Origin: Minisyncoccota bacterium | Lineage (GTDB): Bacteria; Patescibacteriota; Minisyncoccia; Phycocordibacterales; UBA5272 | DNA length: 64,000 bases | Direction of reading: 5' to 3' | NCBI GenBank assembly: GCA_041651055.1 | Contig: JBAZJW010000001.1 | Location: forward strand, 242,661-306,660 | In this document: positions 27,897 through 38,349 of the stretch, one piece after another | Layout: each line of letters opens with the position of its first letter | Numbering within the stretch: the first letter of the stretch is position 1 | Program-made: the position numbers and the translations under genes | Notes under the pieces: model-generated | What the model saw: the letters and a program-made list of their open reading frames with translations, nothing else | Databases searched by the model: none | Told to the model about the DNA's origin: nothing

Positions 27897-29606
27897 CTAC
27901 TTCATATACGAAGTATTATCTCTCATCCACTCGAATGTCTCACGCGCAGCAAAGACAGAGCCATAAAGATTATGTCTATCCCCTTTTTCCATAACAACTA
28001 CAAATGCGTACTTTGGATTTTCATATGGGAAGTATCCGGTGATAAGTGAATTCACGAATTGCTTACTCACACCGAGCTCAGCTGTTCCTGACTTTGCAGC
28101 AATATCAACACCTGCGATATCCAGTGCTCGCCCTGTTCCATTTTCTGCATGCACTACCATATGCATTCCTTCACGAATAACATTCAAATCTTTTTCTGGT
28201 AATGAAATAGCAATACTTGATGTTGCAGCCCCAGCTAAAACATGAGGTCGCACCAGCTGCCCTCCGTTTGCAAGAGCTGCGACAGCTCGGACAAGTTCAA
28301 GAGGTGTAAGCTGAAACCCATATTGACCGATTGATGTGTGGTACGTATCTCCCACAAGCCAGTCTTCATTAAACACTTTTTTCTTCCATGCTGGATTCGG
28401 GACAACACCGTATTCTTCAGCTGGTAGATCAATACCTGTCGTCGTACCAAAACCGAAAAGCTTCGCGTACGTATTGATACGATCAATACCTAAACCTGGC
28501 TGGCCCTGAAACCCTCCACCGACCTGATAAAAATATTCATCAGATGATTCAGCTAATGCTTTTCGCATATCTGTATACCCATGAGCTTTCCAGTCTTTAA
28601 AAACAGTATCTGGTCCACCGTATTTATTTTTTACCACAAGCTGTCCAGAACTATAAATATTTTTCTCTGGTGTGATAACTCCTTCCATAAGCGCAGCAAG
28701 TGCAACAAATGGCTTCACGGTAGATCCCGGCGTAAAAAGACCACTCACTGCTCTATCCAAAAAAGTGCGACGCTTATCTAAAAGATCTTTACTCACCTGA
28801 GCATTCTCTTCTTTTGTTTTTGCATTCGTCATCAAATTATTATTATACTGAGGATAGCTCGTGATAGCCAAAATTTCTCCAGAATGGATATCCATAATCA
28901 CACCAGCACCGGATGTAAATCCAGCTTTTGCTGAGAGTGCTTCCATGCGCTCGTAGAGTTTTGCTTGCACACCTTTATCGATAGTAAGTTTTATATTTTC
29001 CCCATTACTTGGGTCAATGTTTACGTTTTCTGCCTCAATCTGATGAAGCGCGTTGATGGCAATCACTCTCTCTCCTGGCACACCTTGCAATGTATCTTGA
29101 TACTCTTTCTCAAGACCATCTTTTCCGATGTATGACTCTTGCCAAAAAATACCACTCTGATCTTTTTTTGGATAACTCACATACCCAAGCACATGGGAGA
29201 ACCCTCCTTCTGTAATATATGCACGCTTTGGAATCTCATCGATAGCAGTCGATGTACCTATCGTATTCCATGCGAGCAAGACTCCATTTCTATCCGAGAT
29301 GGTTCCACGAAGAGCAAAGAGTGGCGTCGTTTTCAAATGATTTCTATCAGCCTTAACTGTATACGCTTCCCCGTTCACAATTTGCATACTAAACAATCGA
29401 TAGGAAAACGAAGAGATGAGAATCGTAATAACAATGATGGCTCCATAAAAAACATTTCTCCCAAGCGGACGCTCGAGCTGCCCTTCCATTTGATCGAGAT
29501 TGAGTTTTGAAATATTCTGAGAATCCAAAAACACATCTTCTGGCAAGATTTCATGCGCTGACGCTTTTCTAGCGCGCCGTGTAAATGTACGGTGAAACAA
29601 TTTCAT
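27897..29606 (-). CDS. mrdA: Penicillin-binding protein 2
   Basis: RGTISDRNG, PGSTVKP, SSDEYFY, KSGTAE. Lies downstream of mreBC. Confidence 0.9.
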   Translation of the reverse strand: MKLFHRTFTRRARKASAHEILPEDVFLDSQNISKLNLDQMEGQLERPLGRNVFYGAIIVITILISSFSYRLFSMQIVNGEAYTVKADRNHLKTTPLFALRGTISDRNGVLLAWNTIGTSTAIDEIPKRAYITEGGFSHVLGYVSYPKKDQSGIFWQESYIGKDGLEKEYQDTLQGVPGERVIAINALHQIEAENVNIDPSNGENIKLTIDKGVQAKLYERMEALSAKAGFTSGAGVIMDIHSGEILAITSYPQYNNNLMTNAKTKEENAQVSKDLLDKRRTFLDRAVSGLFTPGSTVKPFVALAALMEGVITPEKNIYSSGQLVVKNKYGGPDTVFKDWKAHGYTDMRKALAESSDEYFYQVGGGFQGQPGLGIDRINTYAKLFGFGTTTGIDLPAEEYGVVPNPAWKKKVFNEDWLVGDTYHTSIGQYGFQLTPLELVRAVAALANGGQLVRPHVLAGAATSSIAISLPEKDLNVIREGMHMVVHAENGTGRALDIAGVDIAAKSGTAELGVSKQFVNSLITGYFPYENPKYAFVVVMEKGDRHNLYGSVFAARETFEWMRDNTSYMK

Positions 29607-29733
29607 ATACAATCACTATACCACAAAGCACTAAGGTGAAAACTGGTACACGAGAAAGTCCTAAAATGATATCAAAAAAGAATGTCATTAGAAAAGAAAC
29701 ACTTATGAGTACATAATAACGAGATACGGGCAT
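29569..29733 (-). CDS. Small 2-TM protein at the mreD position (putative minimal MreD)
   Basis: 54-aa hydrophobic ORF (MPVSRYYVLISVSFL...) starting 4 nt after the mreC stop and overlapping mrdA. Confidence 0.45.
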   Translation of the reverse strand: MPVSRYYVLISVSFLMTFFFDIILGLSRVPVFTLVLCGIVIVYEIVSPYIYTAR

Positions 29734-29737
29734 GGAA

Positions 29738-30523
29738 TTATTTTTGTACATAAAATACAGATGACGTAACAGGGTTATAGGCTCCGCGTACATATACACG
29801 CCATGCGACGGCTTGATCATCACGTATCACATTAGACACTGTTCCGAGAGTCATACTCGGATCGCTTTTCAAAAAAATAGATTCACCTTGAGCAATTACC
29901 GTATCACGAGGTACATCACCCACAAAAGTTCCCCCGCCGTCTCCTTTCAAAGAAATATTCAGTGTCGATGAGGCGGTAACACCCTCTGTCACTTCGCCAC
30001 TTGAGGTCATCAACTTACAAAGTGATGTGCGATCATATACTTCGACAATGATACATACTGGCTTGCGACCATGAATGAAAACAAGGTCTTGTGTTACGAT
30101 TCCATCCTTAAACCCTTTTGAAAGAATGAGCGACGAATAAATCGTGGTGAGATCTCGTATCAAAGGATACATTGCAATCGTTGTCTCACCAACTTTCATG
30201 CCATCTGTTTCGATTAATTCTTTTTCTTTAAGGAGAGCATTCTTTTCCGCGAGTTCATTTTCTAGTCGCTCAACTGTGAGCGACAATGTGCTCGCACGCA
30301 AAATAAGTTCTCTACGTGACTGGAAGTATGTATAGATAATAGAAGGTGTACGAATAATCGAATTCTTCGATGTCCCTGTTGAAATAATAAATGATTCAAG
30401 GTGAGGATATATCGATGTGCGGATGTGTGGCCAAAAGTATGTCATGCCTGCGAGCACCACAAAAACAGCAATGTAATATCGATACTGTTTGCGATTACGT
30501 TTTCTATCGGAAAGATATGTCAT
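29738..30523 (-). CDS. mreC: Rod shape-determining protein MreC
   Basis: TM helix, coiled coil, then LILSKGFKDGI and a beta-rich C-terminus. Follows mreB. Confidence 0.8.
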   Translation of the reverse strand: MTYLSDRKRNRKQYRYYIAVFVVLAGMTYFWPHIRTSIYPHLESFIISTGTSKNSIIRTPSIIYTYFQSRRELILRASTLSLTVERLENELAEKNALLKEKELIETDGMKVGETTIAMYPLIRDLTTIYSSLILSKGFKDGIVTQDLVFIHGRKPVCIIVEVYDRTSLCKLMTSSGEVTEGVTASSTLNISLKGDGGGTFVGDVPRDTVIAQGESIFLKSDPSMTLGTVSNVIRDDQAVAWRVYVRGAYNPVTSSVFYVQK

Positions 30524-31553
30524 CAGTGTTTTCTACGAGTACATCTCTGTACGCGTCTATGTCTTCTAGTATAACGCCTGCTCCGCGAGCAACAGCCGTG
30601 AGAGGATCATCAGCGACCGTAACAGGAACCTTGAGTTGCATCTCGAGTAACTGTGGAAGATTTTTGATAAGCGCTCCACCACCTGAAAGTGTCATTCCTT
30701 TGTGCATGATGTCTGCGAGTACTTCTGGTGGCGTCGTCTCTAACACTTCACGTATTGCATCCACGAGTTGCGCGATAGACGCATACATCGCTTCACGAAT
30801 ATCGACATCAGTGATAATCGCTTCACGAGGAAGTCCTGTGACTAAGTCACGCCCCTTCACACTTAACTCTTCGCCGTGTTCATCGGGAAGCGCAGAACCG
30901 ATAGTGACCTTGATATGCTCACCTGTTTTTTCTCCAATCAACATTTTGAATTCATCGCGCATATAACTGATGATGTCTTGGGTAAGTTTGTCTCCTGCAA
31001 CTTTCAAACTTTTTGCACGCACGACACCTGAAAGCGCGATGACGGCGATGTCTGTCGTACCACCACCGATATCCACCATCATGCTTCCGACTGGATCGTG
31101 TACCGGCATATGCACGCCGATTGCTGCCGCCATCGGCTCCTCAACAATGTACACTTCGCGCGCACCAGCAGACTTCGCAGCGTCATACACCGCACGCATT
31201 TCTACATTCGTGATTCCTACCGGAATCCCGATCACCACTCTCGGACGAAATAATTTCTTGTCTGTATCGTTTGCTTTGTTGATGAGATACGAAAGCATCT
31301 CTTCTGTAACTTCGTAATCTGAAATCACACCGTCGACAAGTGGTCGTACGATACGAATGTGTGATGGTGTGCGCCCCATCATGTCTTTGGCTTCTGTACC
31401 AACAGCGACGACACGATTTGTTTTCGTGTTGAGTGCGACGACAGATGGCTCATTGATAACTATTCCTCTCCCACGAAGATACACGAGTGTATTTGCAGTA
31501 CCCAAATCTATACCAATATCATTTGAAAAGTGTCGGTAAAATCGCTCGAACAT
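30504..31553 (-). CDS. mreB: Rod shape-determining protein MreB
   Basis: IGIDLGTANT, EPSVVA, EEPMAAAIG, DIGGGTT. Confidence 0.97.
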   Translation of the reverse strand: MFERFYRHFSNDIGIDLGTANTLVYLRGRGIVINEPSVVALNTKTNRVVAVGTEAKDMMGRTPSHIRIVRPLVDGVISDYEVTEEMLSYLINKANDTDKKLFRPRVVIGIPVGITNVEMRAVYDAAKSAGAREVYIVEEPMAAAIGVHMPVHDPVGSMMVDIGGGTTDIAVIALSGVVRAKSLKVAGDKLTQDIISYMRDEFKMLIGEKTGEHIKVTIGSALPDEHGEELSVKGRDLVTGLPREAIITDVDIREAMYASIAQLVDAIREVLETTPPEVLADIMHKGMTLSGGGALIKNLPQLLEMQLKVPVTVADDPLTAVARGAGVILEDIDAYRDVLVENTDDISFR

Positions 31554-31751
31554 TGTACTATTCTATCACAAATACAGATGTTAGACATTAGATTTTGGAT
31601 TTTAGATAATGCGAAATAATGCTTTATTTGAAGGCTTTTTACAATATTTTAAAAAACAATTTTTAGTAGACAAAAGGGTGAATTTGTTGTAGAGTTGTAC
31701 GGAAAGTTCATAACCATCACGCGGTGAAATAGTCCGCAAAGAAAGACAGTC

Positions 31752-32111
31752 ATGATCACAACTGATCCGACAATACTTGATCAGGTACTCAAAATCCTTG
31801 AACTGAAATGTCAGCAAGACTTTCAAGGAAAACATCTCGAAATACACGAGGGCAACGACTGCTTCACCTACACGATAGACCACACCCATTTCATGGAGGG
31901 GTTAGAGGGGCGAAATGGGCGAGAAGGCCCATCCTTATATCTTTACCTCTCGTGTTCAGACGACGGGCCAGTCATCCGTATTGATAAAAAATATGGAGTG
32001 GTTTTCAGAATGAAGCCTCGTGAGGCTTACGATTCTGTTTGTGTCTTTTTTGGCACAAGACCCCATCGACTCAGTCATGTAGGAGGAAGACTCTGCAACC
32101 CTCCCGCGTGA
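31752..32111 (+). CDS. Orphan hypothetical protein
   Basis: 119-aa ORF opposite in strand to its neighbours, with a downstream hairpin terminator. Confidence 0.6.
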   Translation: MITTDPTILDQVLKILELKCQQDFQGKHLEIHEGNDCFTYTIDHTHFMEGLEGRNGREGPSLYLYLSCSDDGPVIRIDKKYGVVFRMKPREAYDSVCVFFGTRPHRLSHVGGRLCNPPA

Positions 32112-32218
32112 AAAAGCACTAGCCGTCCGACACAAAAACCCCGTATACATGCGGGGCCTTTTTATTTTGTGTTTTATCTCCTAACCCCTAACTGTTAGCT
32201 CCTAACTATGAATTTTAT

Positions 32219-33499
32219 TTATTCGCAATTCTTCTGATACGTCGCGAGCAATTCTTCAATCGTAACGATTTCACTTTCTTCTTGTGTTCGTTCTTTTATT
32301 TCTACACCACCTTTTTCAAGTGACTTATCTGAAATAACCACACGCATCGGAATACCAATCAAATCACTATCGGCGAATTTACTTCCAGCCCCTTCTTCAC
32401 GATCATCAAACAAAACTTCTACATGTGCAGCCATAAGTTTCTTGTAAAGTTCTTCGGCCTTCTTCCCCGTCTCACTGTCCTTATCCTTTGCAAGAGAAAT
32501 TAAATGCACAGAGAATGGTGCGATAGCTGCAGGCCACACGAGACCTTTTTCATCGGCAAACTTTTCTGTAATCACACCCATAAGTCGCGATGGGCCAATA
32601 CCATAGCATCCCATATGTACTTCTTGCTTTTCGCCCGCTTCATTGATGTACGTATAATCAAATGCTTTTGTAAACTTAGTGCCGAGCGGGAAAATATTTC
32701 CCACTTCGCATGCTTTTACTTGTTCGAGACTTTCAAAGTCTACATTGAGACGCTTCGAGTTCTCTTCTGTCACAACTTCTTTGTTATATGCGATGTTATT
32801 TTTACGATCAAGATAAATAATGTCTTCCCCCGCATCCACTACAGTCTGAAACTCATGAGAAAATTCTTTTGTAAAGTCTCCGCCACCAGCAAGTGTAATG
32901 AATGTATCATCACCAAGACCAATCTCACGATAAATATTCATATATACTTTCTTTGCTTCTTCGTAATATGTTTTCAGATCAGCTTCATCGCGATGGAAAC
33001 TGTACAAATCTTTCATACGAAACTCACGACCACGGAGAAGTCCAGACTTAGCTCGGGCTTCATTTCGGAATTTTGTTTGTATTTGATAAAACGCAACAGG
33101 TAAGTCTTTATATGAACGAGCATAGAGTGCTGCGATAGGAGTAATCAATTCTTCATGTGTCGGATTCAAAATATATGAGTTTGAGGACTTTTCAAGAGAA
33201 ACAGCGTTTGCCGCTTCTGTCTTCATGAGTACATCGACAGTATCTAATCTTCCTGTCTTTTCCCAATTCTCACGTGGAGAGAGTGATGACATTACAAGTT
33301 CATTTCCAATAGCATCCATATGGCGACGAATAACATTTTCGATTTTTGTAAGAACACGAAGACCGAGCGGTAAAAAGGTATACACTCCCGCCATCTCCTT
33401 ATGAATAAATCCAGCACGAGTAAGGAGTATCGCGTTCTTTGACACTTCATCTTTCGGAGCTTCCTTTTGTGTTTTTGTATAGAGTTGTGATTGTCGCAT
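32219..33499 (-). CDS. proS: Proline--tRNA ligase, short form without the INS editing domain
   Basis: PTHEE, QIQTKFRNEAR, GLLRGREF, EVGNIF, MGCYGIG and an anticodon-binding C-terminus. 426 aa. Confidence 0.95.
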   Translation of the reverse strand: MRQSQLYTKTQKEAPKDEVSKNAILLTRAGFIHKEMAGVYTFLPLGLRVLTKIENVIRRHMDAIGNELVMSSLSPRENWEKTGRLDTVDVLMKTEAANAVSLEKSSNSYILNPTHEELITPIAALYARSYKDLPVAFYQIQTKFRNEARAKSGLLRGREFRMKDLYSFHRDEADLKTYYEEAKKVYMNIYREIGLGDDTFITLAGGGDFTKEFSHEFQTVVDAGEDIIYLDRKNNIAYNKEVVTEENSKRLNVDFESLEQVKACEVGNIFPLGTKFTKAFDYTYINEAGEKQEVHMGCYGIGPSRLMGVITEKFADEKGLVWPAAIAPFSVHLISLAKDKDSETGKKAEELYKKLMAAHVEVLFDDREEGAGSKFADSDLIGIPMRVVISDKSLEKGGVEIKERTQEESEIVTIEELLATYQKNCE

Positions 33500-33670
33500 A
33501 TTCTTAGTATACAGGAGCTAATGAGCTGTGTATAGAATATATTTATTGATGTAAATTAAATGAGAATTTAAAAAAAATATTCAATAAAATAATAATCAAT
33601 ATTCAATAAATACACTTCTGAATGAATCCGTTTAAATATTGAGTATTACGTTATTGAATATTACGTTTCC

Positions 33671-34852
33671 CTACCCTCTCACATCGTGCACCGTTACAAT
33701 CACAAGAAGAAGCATTAAAGCAAAAAATCCAACGATGTTCACCCATGAATAATACTTGTGCGGAACCTTTCTTCGTGCGATTGCTTCTATCGTCACCACA
33801 ACCATACGACCACCATCAAGTGCAGGAAGTGGAAGAATATTGAATATCGCCAAGTTAATAGACAACACTGCAATGAGCGTGAGCAATGCCTCGTAGCCAT
33901 GTTCATTTGTTTGACCAACTATTTTTGCAATACCTATCGGACCAGAAAGAGACGAAAGAACATTCTTACCTTGTGTAAGAGATGTCACAAGCGAACCAAG
34001 CCCTTCAAGAGTCATTGCTGTCATATCATAGGTGCGAATACTTCCGATTTTTATAGCATCAAAAACATTCGCATGCATGTATCCAACACGTTCCACCGAA
34101 ACACCTATCGCCTTCTTGTCTTCCACAATGCCATACACAGCAGCAATAGTCGTACTCTCAAGCTTACCGTCAGCACGTTTATAGGTAATCGTAAAAGGAT
34201 CATTGTTGTGTGCTGCAATAAATGAGATAAGCGATGTCGCATTATCCAGGTTCGCTTGAGACTTCCCTGCTGTCACTTTGACAAGAACAGACCCCGGAAC
34301 AATGCCGGCCAAGTATGCAGGAGATGTCGGAGCTGCGTCTACTACCATGAGTTCAGTATTCTTTACGCGTGCACCATATACTTCGTCACTTGCGCTCATT
34401 TGTACATTTCCATAAGAGATTCCAATGAAAACAAAAAGAGCGAGAAGCATGTTCATGGTTACACCAGCAACGAGTACGAGTAGCTGTGCCCACCATGGAC
34501 GATTACCAAAAGCACGAGGGTGATTTTTCGCAACATCATCCGGCTCACCATTTTCTCCCCAAATAGAAACATAACCTCCAAGAGGAAGTGCATTGATAGC
34601 GTAGGTTGTCTCCCCTACTTTCTTTGCGAAAATTCTCGGAGGAAAACCAAAAGCAAATTCGTCCACGCGCATATTCACCCACTTAGCAACGATAAAGTGT
34701 CCGAATTCATGCACCGCAACCAAAAGCAAAAGTATGAGAACGAAAAGCACTACGGTATTGTGACGAAACCATACGACGAGAAAAAGTGTTGACAAGAGGA
34801 AAAGAAAATCAAAACGAGTGAATAATTTTTTGATACGTGGAGATAATGACAT
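33671..34852 (-). CDS. rseP: RIP metalloprotease RseP (site-2 protease)
   Basis: HEFGH, LPLGGYV, a PDZ-like region and NILPLPALDGG. Confidence 0.93.
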   Translation of the reverse strand: MSLSPRIKKLFTRFDFLFLLSTLFLVVWFRHNTVVLFVLILLLLVAVHEFGHFIVAKWVNMRVDEFAFGFPPRIFAKKVGETTYAINALPLGGYVSIWGENGEPDDVAKNHPRAFGNRPWWAQLLVLVAGVTMNMLLALFVFIGISYGNVQMSASDEVYGARVKNTELMVVDAAPTSPAYLAGIVPGSVLVKVTAGKSQANLDNATSLISFIAAHNNDPFTITYKRADGKLESTTIAAVYGIVEDKKAIGVSVERVGYMHANVFDAIKIGSIRTYDMTAMTLEGLGSLVTSLTQGKNVLSSLSGPIGIAKIVGQTNEHGYEALLTLIAVLSINLAIFNILPLPALDGGRMVVVTIEAIARRKVPHKYYSWVNIVGFFALMLLLVIVTVHDVRG

Positions 34853-35102
34853 GGGGAAAAGTATACCATAGGAAAGTTCAAGCAGCTCGGCTACGAAGAT
34901 AACGATAAAATAGAAAAATAACTATCTACAAAACAGTTTGTAAATATTCAATAAAATAATATTCAATATTCAAACGAATTAGTTGTAGTAGATATTGGGT
35001 CATGATTTTTATCAAGGTCACAATGGTCCTCAATTTGACACAGGTAAGACAGTAACGCATAATACTTTTGGATCATTAACGTTTTTTGAACTGGAGTTCA
35101 AT

Positions 35103-35615
35103 GTGACATACCAAAAAACAGGCTTTCTGAAGAGAGGGCTTTGGGGAATTATCAGCGGCATCGCTGGAGCGCTTTTCATTGGACTTGCCCTCTGGGCCGT
35201 GTTCCGTGCGAACAATGCAAACGCAGCATCAAGCGTAACCACAAACGGCTACTTTGCACAAAAAGCAGCCTTCGGACCACTGAACTGTATGCGAGTGGTA
35301 ACACCCGAAGCGGTCTATTTCATGGCATCAGCGCTCACACAAGATGCCTTGGTACTGAAAAATGTCCGAACATGTCTCGAGCGCGCCCAAAGAAGTCGCA
35401 CCAAACTGGTCGACAAAAAAGAAGGACAAATGACCGCTCGCATACACGCGAGCATCGGAGATCTTCATTGTCTTCAGACAGATATATATGTAATCGTCTT
35501 CGAAAACCGCATACATCCGAAACTCGACGCCATACTTCCTATCTGTTTCGACGCTGCCCGGGAGGGTCACGATAACGTGAGGATGAAAAGGGAATGGTTC
35601 ATGCACTGGATTTGA
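35103..35615 (+). CDS. Orphan membrane-anchored hypothetical protein
   Basis: GGAG RBS before an in-frame GTG at 35103, one TM helix, TTGACA at 35035. The start is uncertain. Confidence 0.65.
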   Translation: MTYQKTGFLKRGLWGIISGIAGALFIGLALWAVFRANNANAASSVTTNGYFAQKAAFGPLNCMRVVTPEAVYFMASALTQDALVLKNVRTCLERAQRSRTKLVDKKEGQMTARIHASIGDLHCLQTDIYVIVFENRIHPKLDAILPICFDAAREGHDNVRMKREWFMHWI

Positions 35616-35756
35616 ATAATGAAAAACCAATGCAAAAAAAACGGCGACAACCTCTAAAGGTTCGCCGTTTCTCTATTTTGTATCAGCCGTTTCTTTCTCT
35701 TCGTGTTTAATAAAAAATTAAAATTTATCATTATCAACTCAATGGTAATCCGTTGA

Positions 35757-36311
35757 TTATTCTCCTAACACTTCTTTTTCTTTTCTCTGGAACATTTCTT
35801 CAAGTGCAGCATTTGTAGAGTCTACATGCTTTTGGTTTTCTTCTCGATAGCGATGCTGTTCATCTTCACCGTATTCACCTTCTTTCGCACGAGCATCGAT
35901 ATCTTTATTTGCTTCTTCACGCATAGAACGCACACGAACACGTGCATCTTCTAATCTATCTTTCAAAAGCTTTACCATCTTTTGTCTTGTCTCTGTAGTG
36001 AGTGCTGGGAAATGTACACGTAACCCTTCAGCATCTGACGAAACAGAAAGTCCGAGGTCTGCATCATTGATAGCCTTTTCCATCATGCCAACAATAGACT
36101 TATCCCACGGTGCGACACGCAGTGTACGAGGGTCTTCGATATTCACACTCGCGGCATGCGCGATAGCAGTACGTGAACCATACAAATCGATACACACAAG
36201 ATCGAGGACCTGTGGTGATGCTCGTCCTGTCTGAATAGAACGATACTCGTTCGCAAGCCATTCGAGAATTTCTTGTTTTTTTGTTTCAACGTTTGAAAAG
36301 TTGTAAGGCAT
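35757..36311 (-). CDS. frr: Ribosome recycling factor
   Basis: IQTGRASP, PRTLRVAPWD, PALTTETR. Confidence 0.96.
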   Translation of the reverse strand: MPYNFSNVETKKQEILEWLANEYRSIQTGRASPQVLDLVCIDLYGSRTAIAHAASVNIEDPRTLRVAPWDKSIVGMMEKAINDADLGLSVSSDAEGLRVHFPALTTETRQKMVKLLKDRLEDARVRVRSMREEANKDIDARAKEGEYGEDEQHRYREENQKHVDSTNAALEEMFQRKEKEVLGE

Positions 36312-36360
36312 GGGGGCAGTTATTAGTAATTAGTAATTAGTTGATACATACAATTCTATA

Positions 36361-37023
36361 CTAGTTCTTGTGTTGCGGCAATAAAAGAGACAGATACTCG
36401 AGGAGGGCTTTTCCTGAAGCTGAAGGGTCAGATGCATAGGAGGCAGTTTCTAAGGTTTCGAGTACGTATCGTGATTCTATTTTTTCTTGCGAAAGAACTT
36501 CGACGAGCGAGAGTATGAAGTTTCGTACACCTTCTCTGTCCTTTCTCCCCTCTTCATCCATGCGAGCAAGAAGTTCTATGACAAAAGGTAACTTCATGCG
36601 CGCACCATACGGCGCGTGCATGAATTCTTCTGCATGTGCATCACTCTTACTTCCTTCTTCTTTCTCCGTACTCCTCATTTCAAGTACTCTTGAAATGACT
36701 GTCCCAATGAGACTTGTTTTATTACTCGTCAGTAAAATAAATCGCACACCAGTTCGTGGCTCTTCCAACAATTTAAGCATTGCATTTTGTGCTGGAATCG
36801 TCGCAGTATGAAAAGAAATGAGTGCGATCTTTTCTTCATTATAGGGAGTGTTCGTCCACGAAGTTAGCGCCCGTGCTGTTTCGATATCAAGTACGGTTTG
36901 GTCGAAAAATTTGTGTGCAGGAGAAAGAGCTTGAAGTTCGTTCCAGAGCGCGAGGCCTACGGCCTCGCGCTCACCATGCACGACAAGCACCGCATGATGA
37001 AGAGGTAAATCAGAGAGTTTCAT
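36361..37023 (-). CDS. holB: DNA polymerase III delta-prime-like subunit (reduced)
   Basis: HHAVLV, AQNAMLKLLEEP, FILLT, TVISR. Confidence 0.75.
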   Translation of the reverse strand: MKLSDLPLHHAVLVVHGEREAVGLALWNELQALSPAHKFFDQTVLDIETARALTSWTNTPYNEEKIALISFHTATIPAQNAMLKLLEEPRTGVRFILLTSNKTSLIGTVISRVLEMRSTEKEEGSKSDAHAEEFMHAPYGARMKLPFVIELLARMDEEGRKDREGVRNFILSLVEVLSQEKIESRYVLETLETASYASDPSASGKALLEYLSLLLPQHKN

Positions 37024-37163
37024 ATGCTTCAAGTATAGCAAAGAATTAGCCTTGCGAGAGATTATGTATTTAAGTAGAATACGCACCAGACTGCTCTTTT
37101 ACAGAAAGAGCTCCTCATATCACCAGTTCTTGGCACATCAACCCTTTTAAAAGAGAGAACGTC

Positions 37164-38330
37164 ATGAAACCAGATCATTCATCTCTTGCAAAAGAGAGAA
37201 GTCGCACGGGTATAGGTACGTTTACTGAAGGTGGAACGGTAGGGAAAGCTATCCGTGACGCAGAAGTCATGGAAAGACGAGCAATGTACGTTATCAAACT
37301 TGATGATAAAGGAAATGTTCGTGAACATTACCGCAACCCCCCTTTTGAAACACTTCTTGATTGCATCGTTGTCCTCGCACCTGCAATATTCCAAGGTGTA
37401 AGAATAGAAGAAGCTGTCGCAATGGAAATTGGCCTGAGTCGTACGGCACCAGGAAAGGCGATTGAAATTAAAGCGGATAGACCTGACTGTAAAAAACAGA
37501 AGGAGGTCATTCAGCAAAGACTACACATCGGAATCCTTCCCTGGCACGTCGTCGAAAAGCTACTACCAACCCTTTGGATCGCAATACAGCAATGTATTGA
37601 TAAAAAAATGGAAGGGTGGACAAGAGCGCGGTTCATTCAGAGCCCAGATTCAGGCAGCGAAAATCGTAACAAGAAACGTCTTTGTGTTTACGAGTCATGG
37701 ATGACAATTCGTGTTCCAAAAGAATATGCGTTGGTCTATACCATACTGCGACTCAAGGACGAATCCGACAAACTGAAGCCTGGAAAAAACTACGCCGAGG
37801 TAGCAGAGTCTGTTTCTCGAGAGCTTAATCTCTTTCGAAATCTTAACCCATCTCATCATGAAAGGTATTCAGATGAAGTCTTAAAAAGATCTGGCACTCT
37901 AAGATGGATGGCTGATTGGATGAAAAAGAAAGTCGAGTTTCATGGTTACACCATGCGCTCGCTTAAAGCTGTGCGGAAATTATTGAAGGAAAGAAGTCCA
38001 CAAGACCTCGCTCTCTTTAATACCGTGTGTCGAGTGTTTAGGGTTCCAGAAGCCCCGCCTGACATTTTTCTTGATGTCCACGAGCCACTGTTGGGTAACA
38101 AGAAAAAACAGCTACTCCTTGAGTGTCCACTCAGACCACATCGGGTGTACAAGTATGAAAAGCGCAGAAAGCTCACTCATGCACACGCACCTGATTGCTT
38201 CACCATTGCTATCGTCGGCAGTCATGCTCATTTGGAGAAGCTTGATGCTCGTAACACTCTCAACCGTATCAAAACAGCCAGAGAAACGAGAAAGTTCGTT
38301 CCCGACGACGACTCAGACATCCCCTTCTAA
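37164..38330 (+). CDS. Hypothetical basic protein ending in an SSB-like acidic tip
   Basis: 388-aa ORF with no recognised domain. The C-terminus reads PDDDSDIPF. Confidence 0.8.
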   Translation: MKPDHSSLAKERSRTGIGTFTEGGTVGKAIRDAEVMERRAMYVIKLDDKGNVREHYRNPPFETLLDCIVVLAPAIFQGVRIEEAVAMEIGLSRTAPGKAIEIKADRPDCKKQKEVIQQRLHIGILPWHVVEKLLPTLWIAIQQCIDKKMEGWTRARFIQSPDSGSENRNKKRLCVYESWMTIRVPKEYALVYTILRLKDESDKLKPGKNYAEVAESVSRELNLFRNLNPSHHERYSDEVLKRSGTLRWMADWMKKKVEFHGYTMRSLKAVRKLLKERSPQDLALFNTVCRVFRVPEAPPDIFLDVHEPLLGNKKKQLLLECPLRPHRVYKYEKRRKLTHAHAPDCFTIAIVGSHAHLEKLDARNTLNRIKTARETRKFVPDDDSDIPF

Positions 38331-38349
38331 ACATTAAAAAGGAGCTCCC

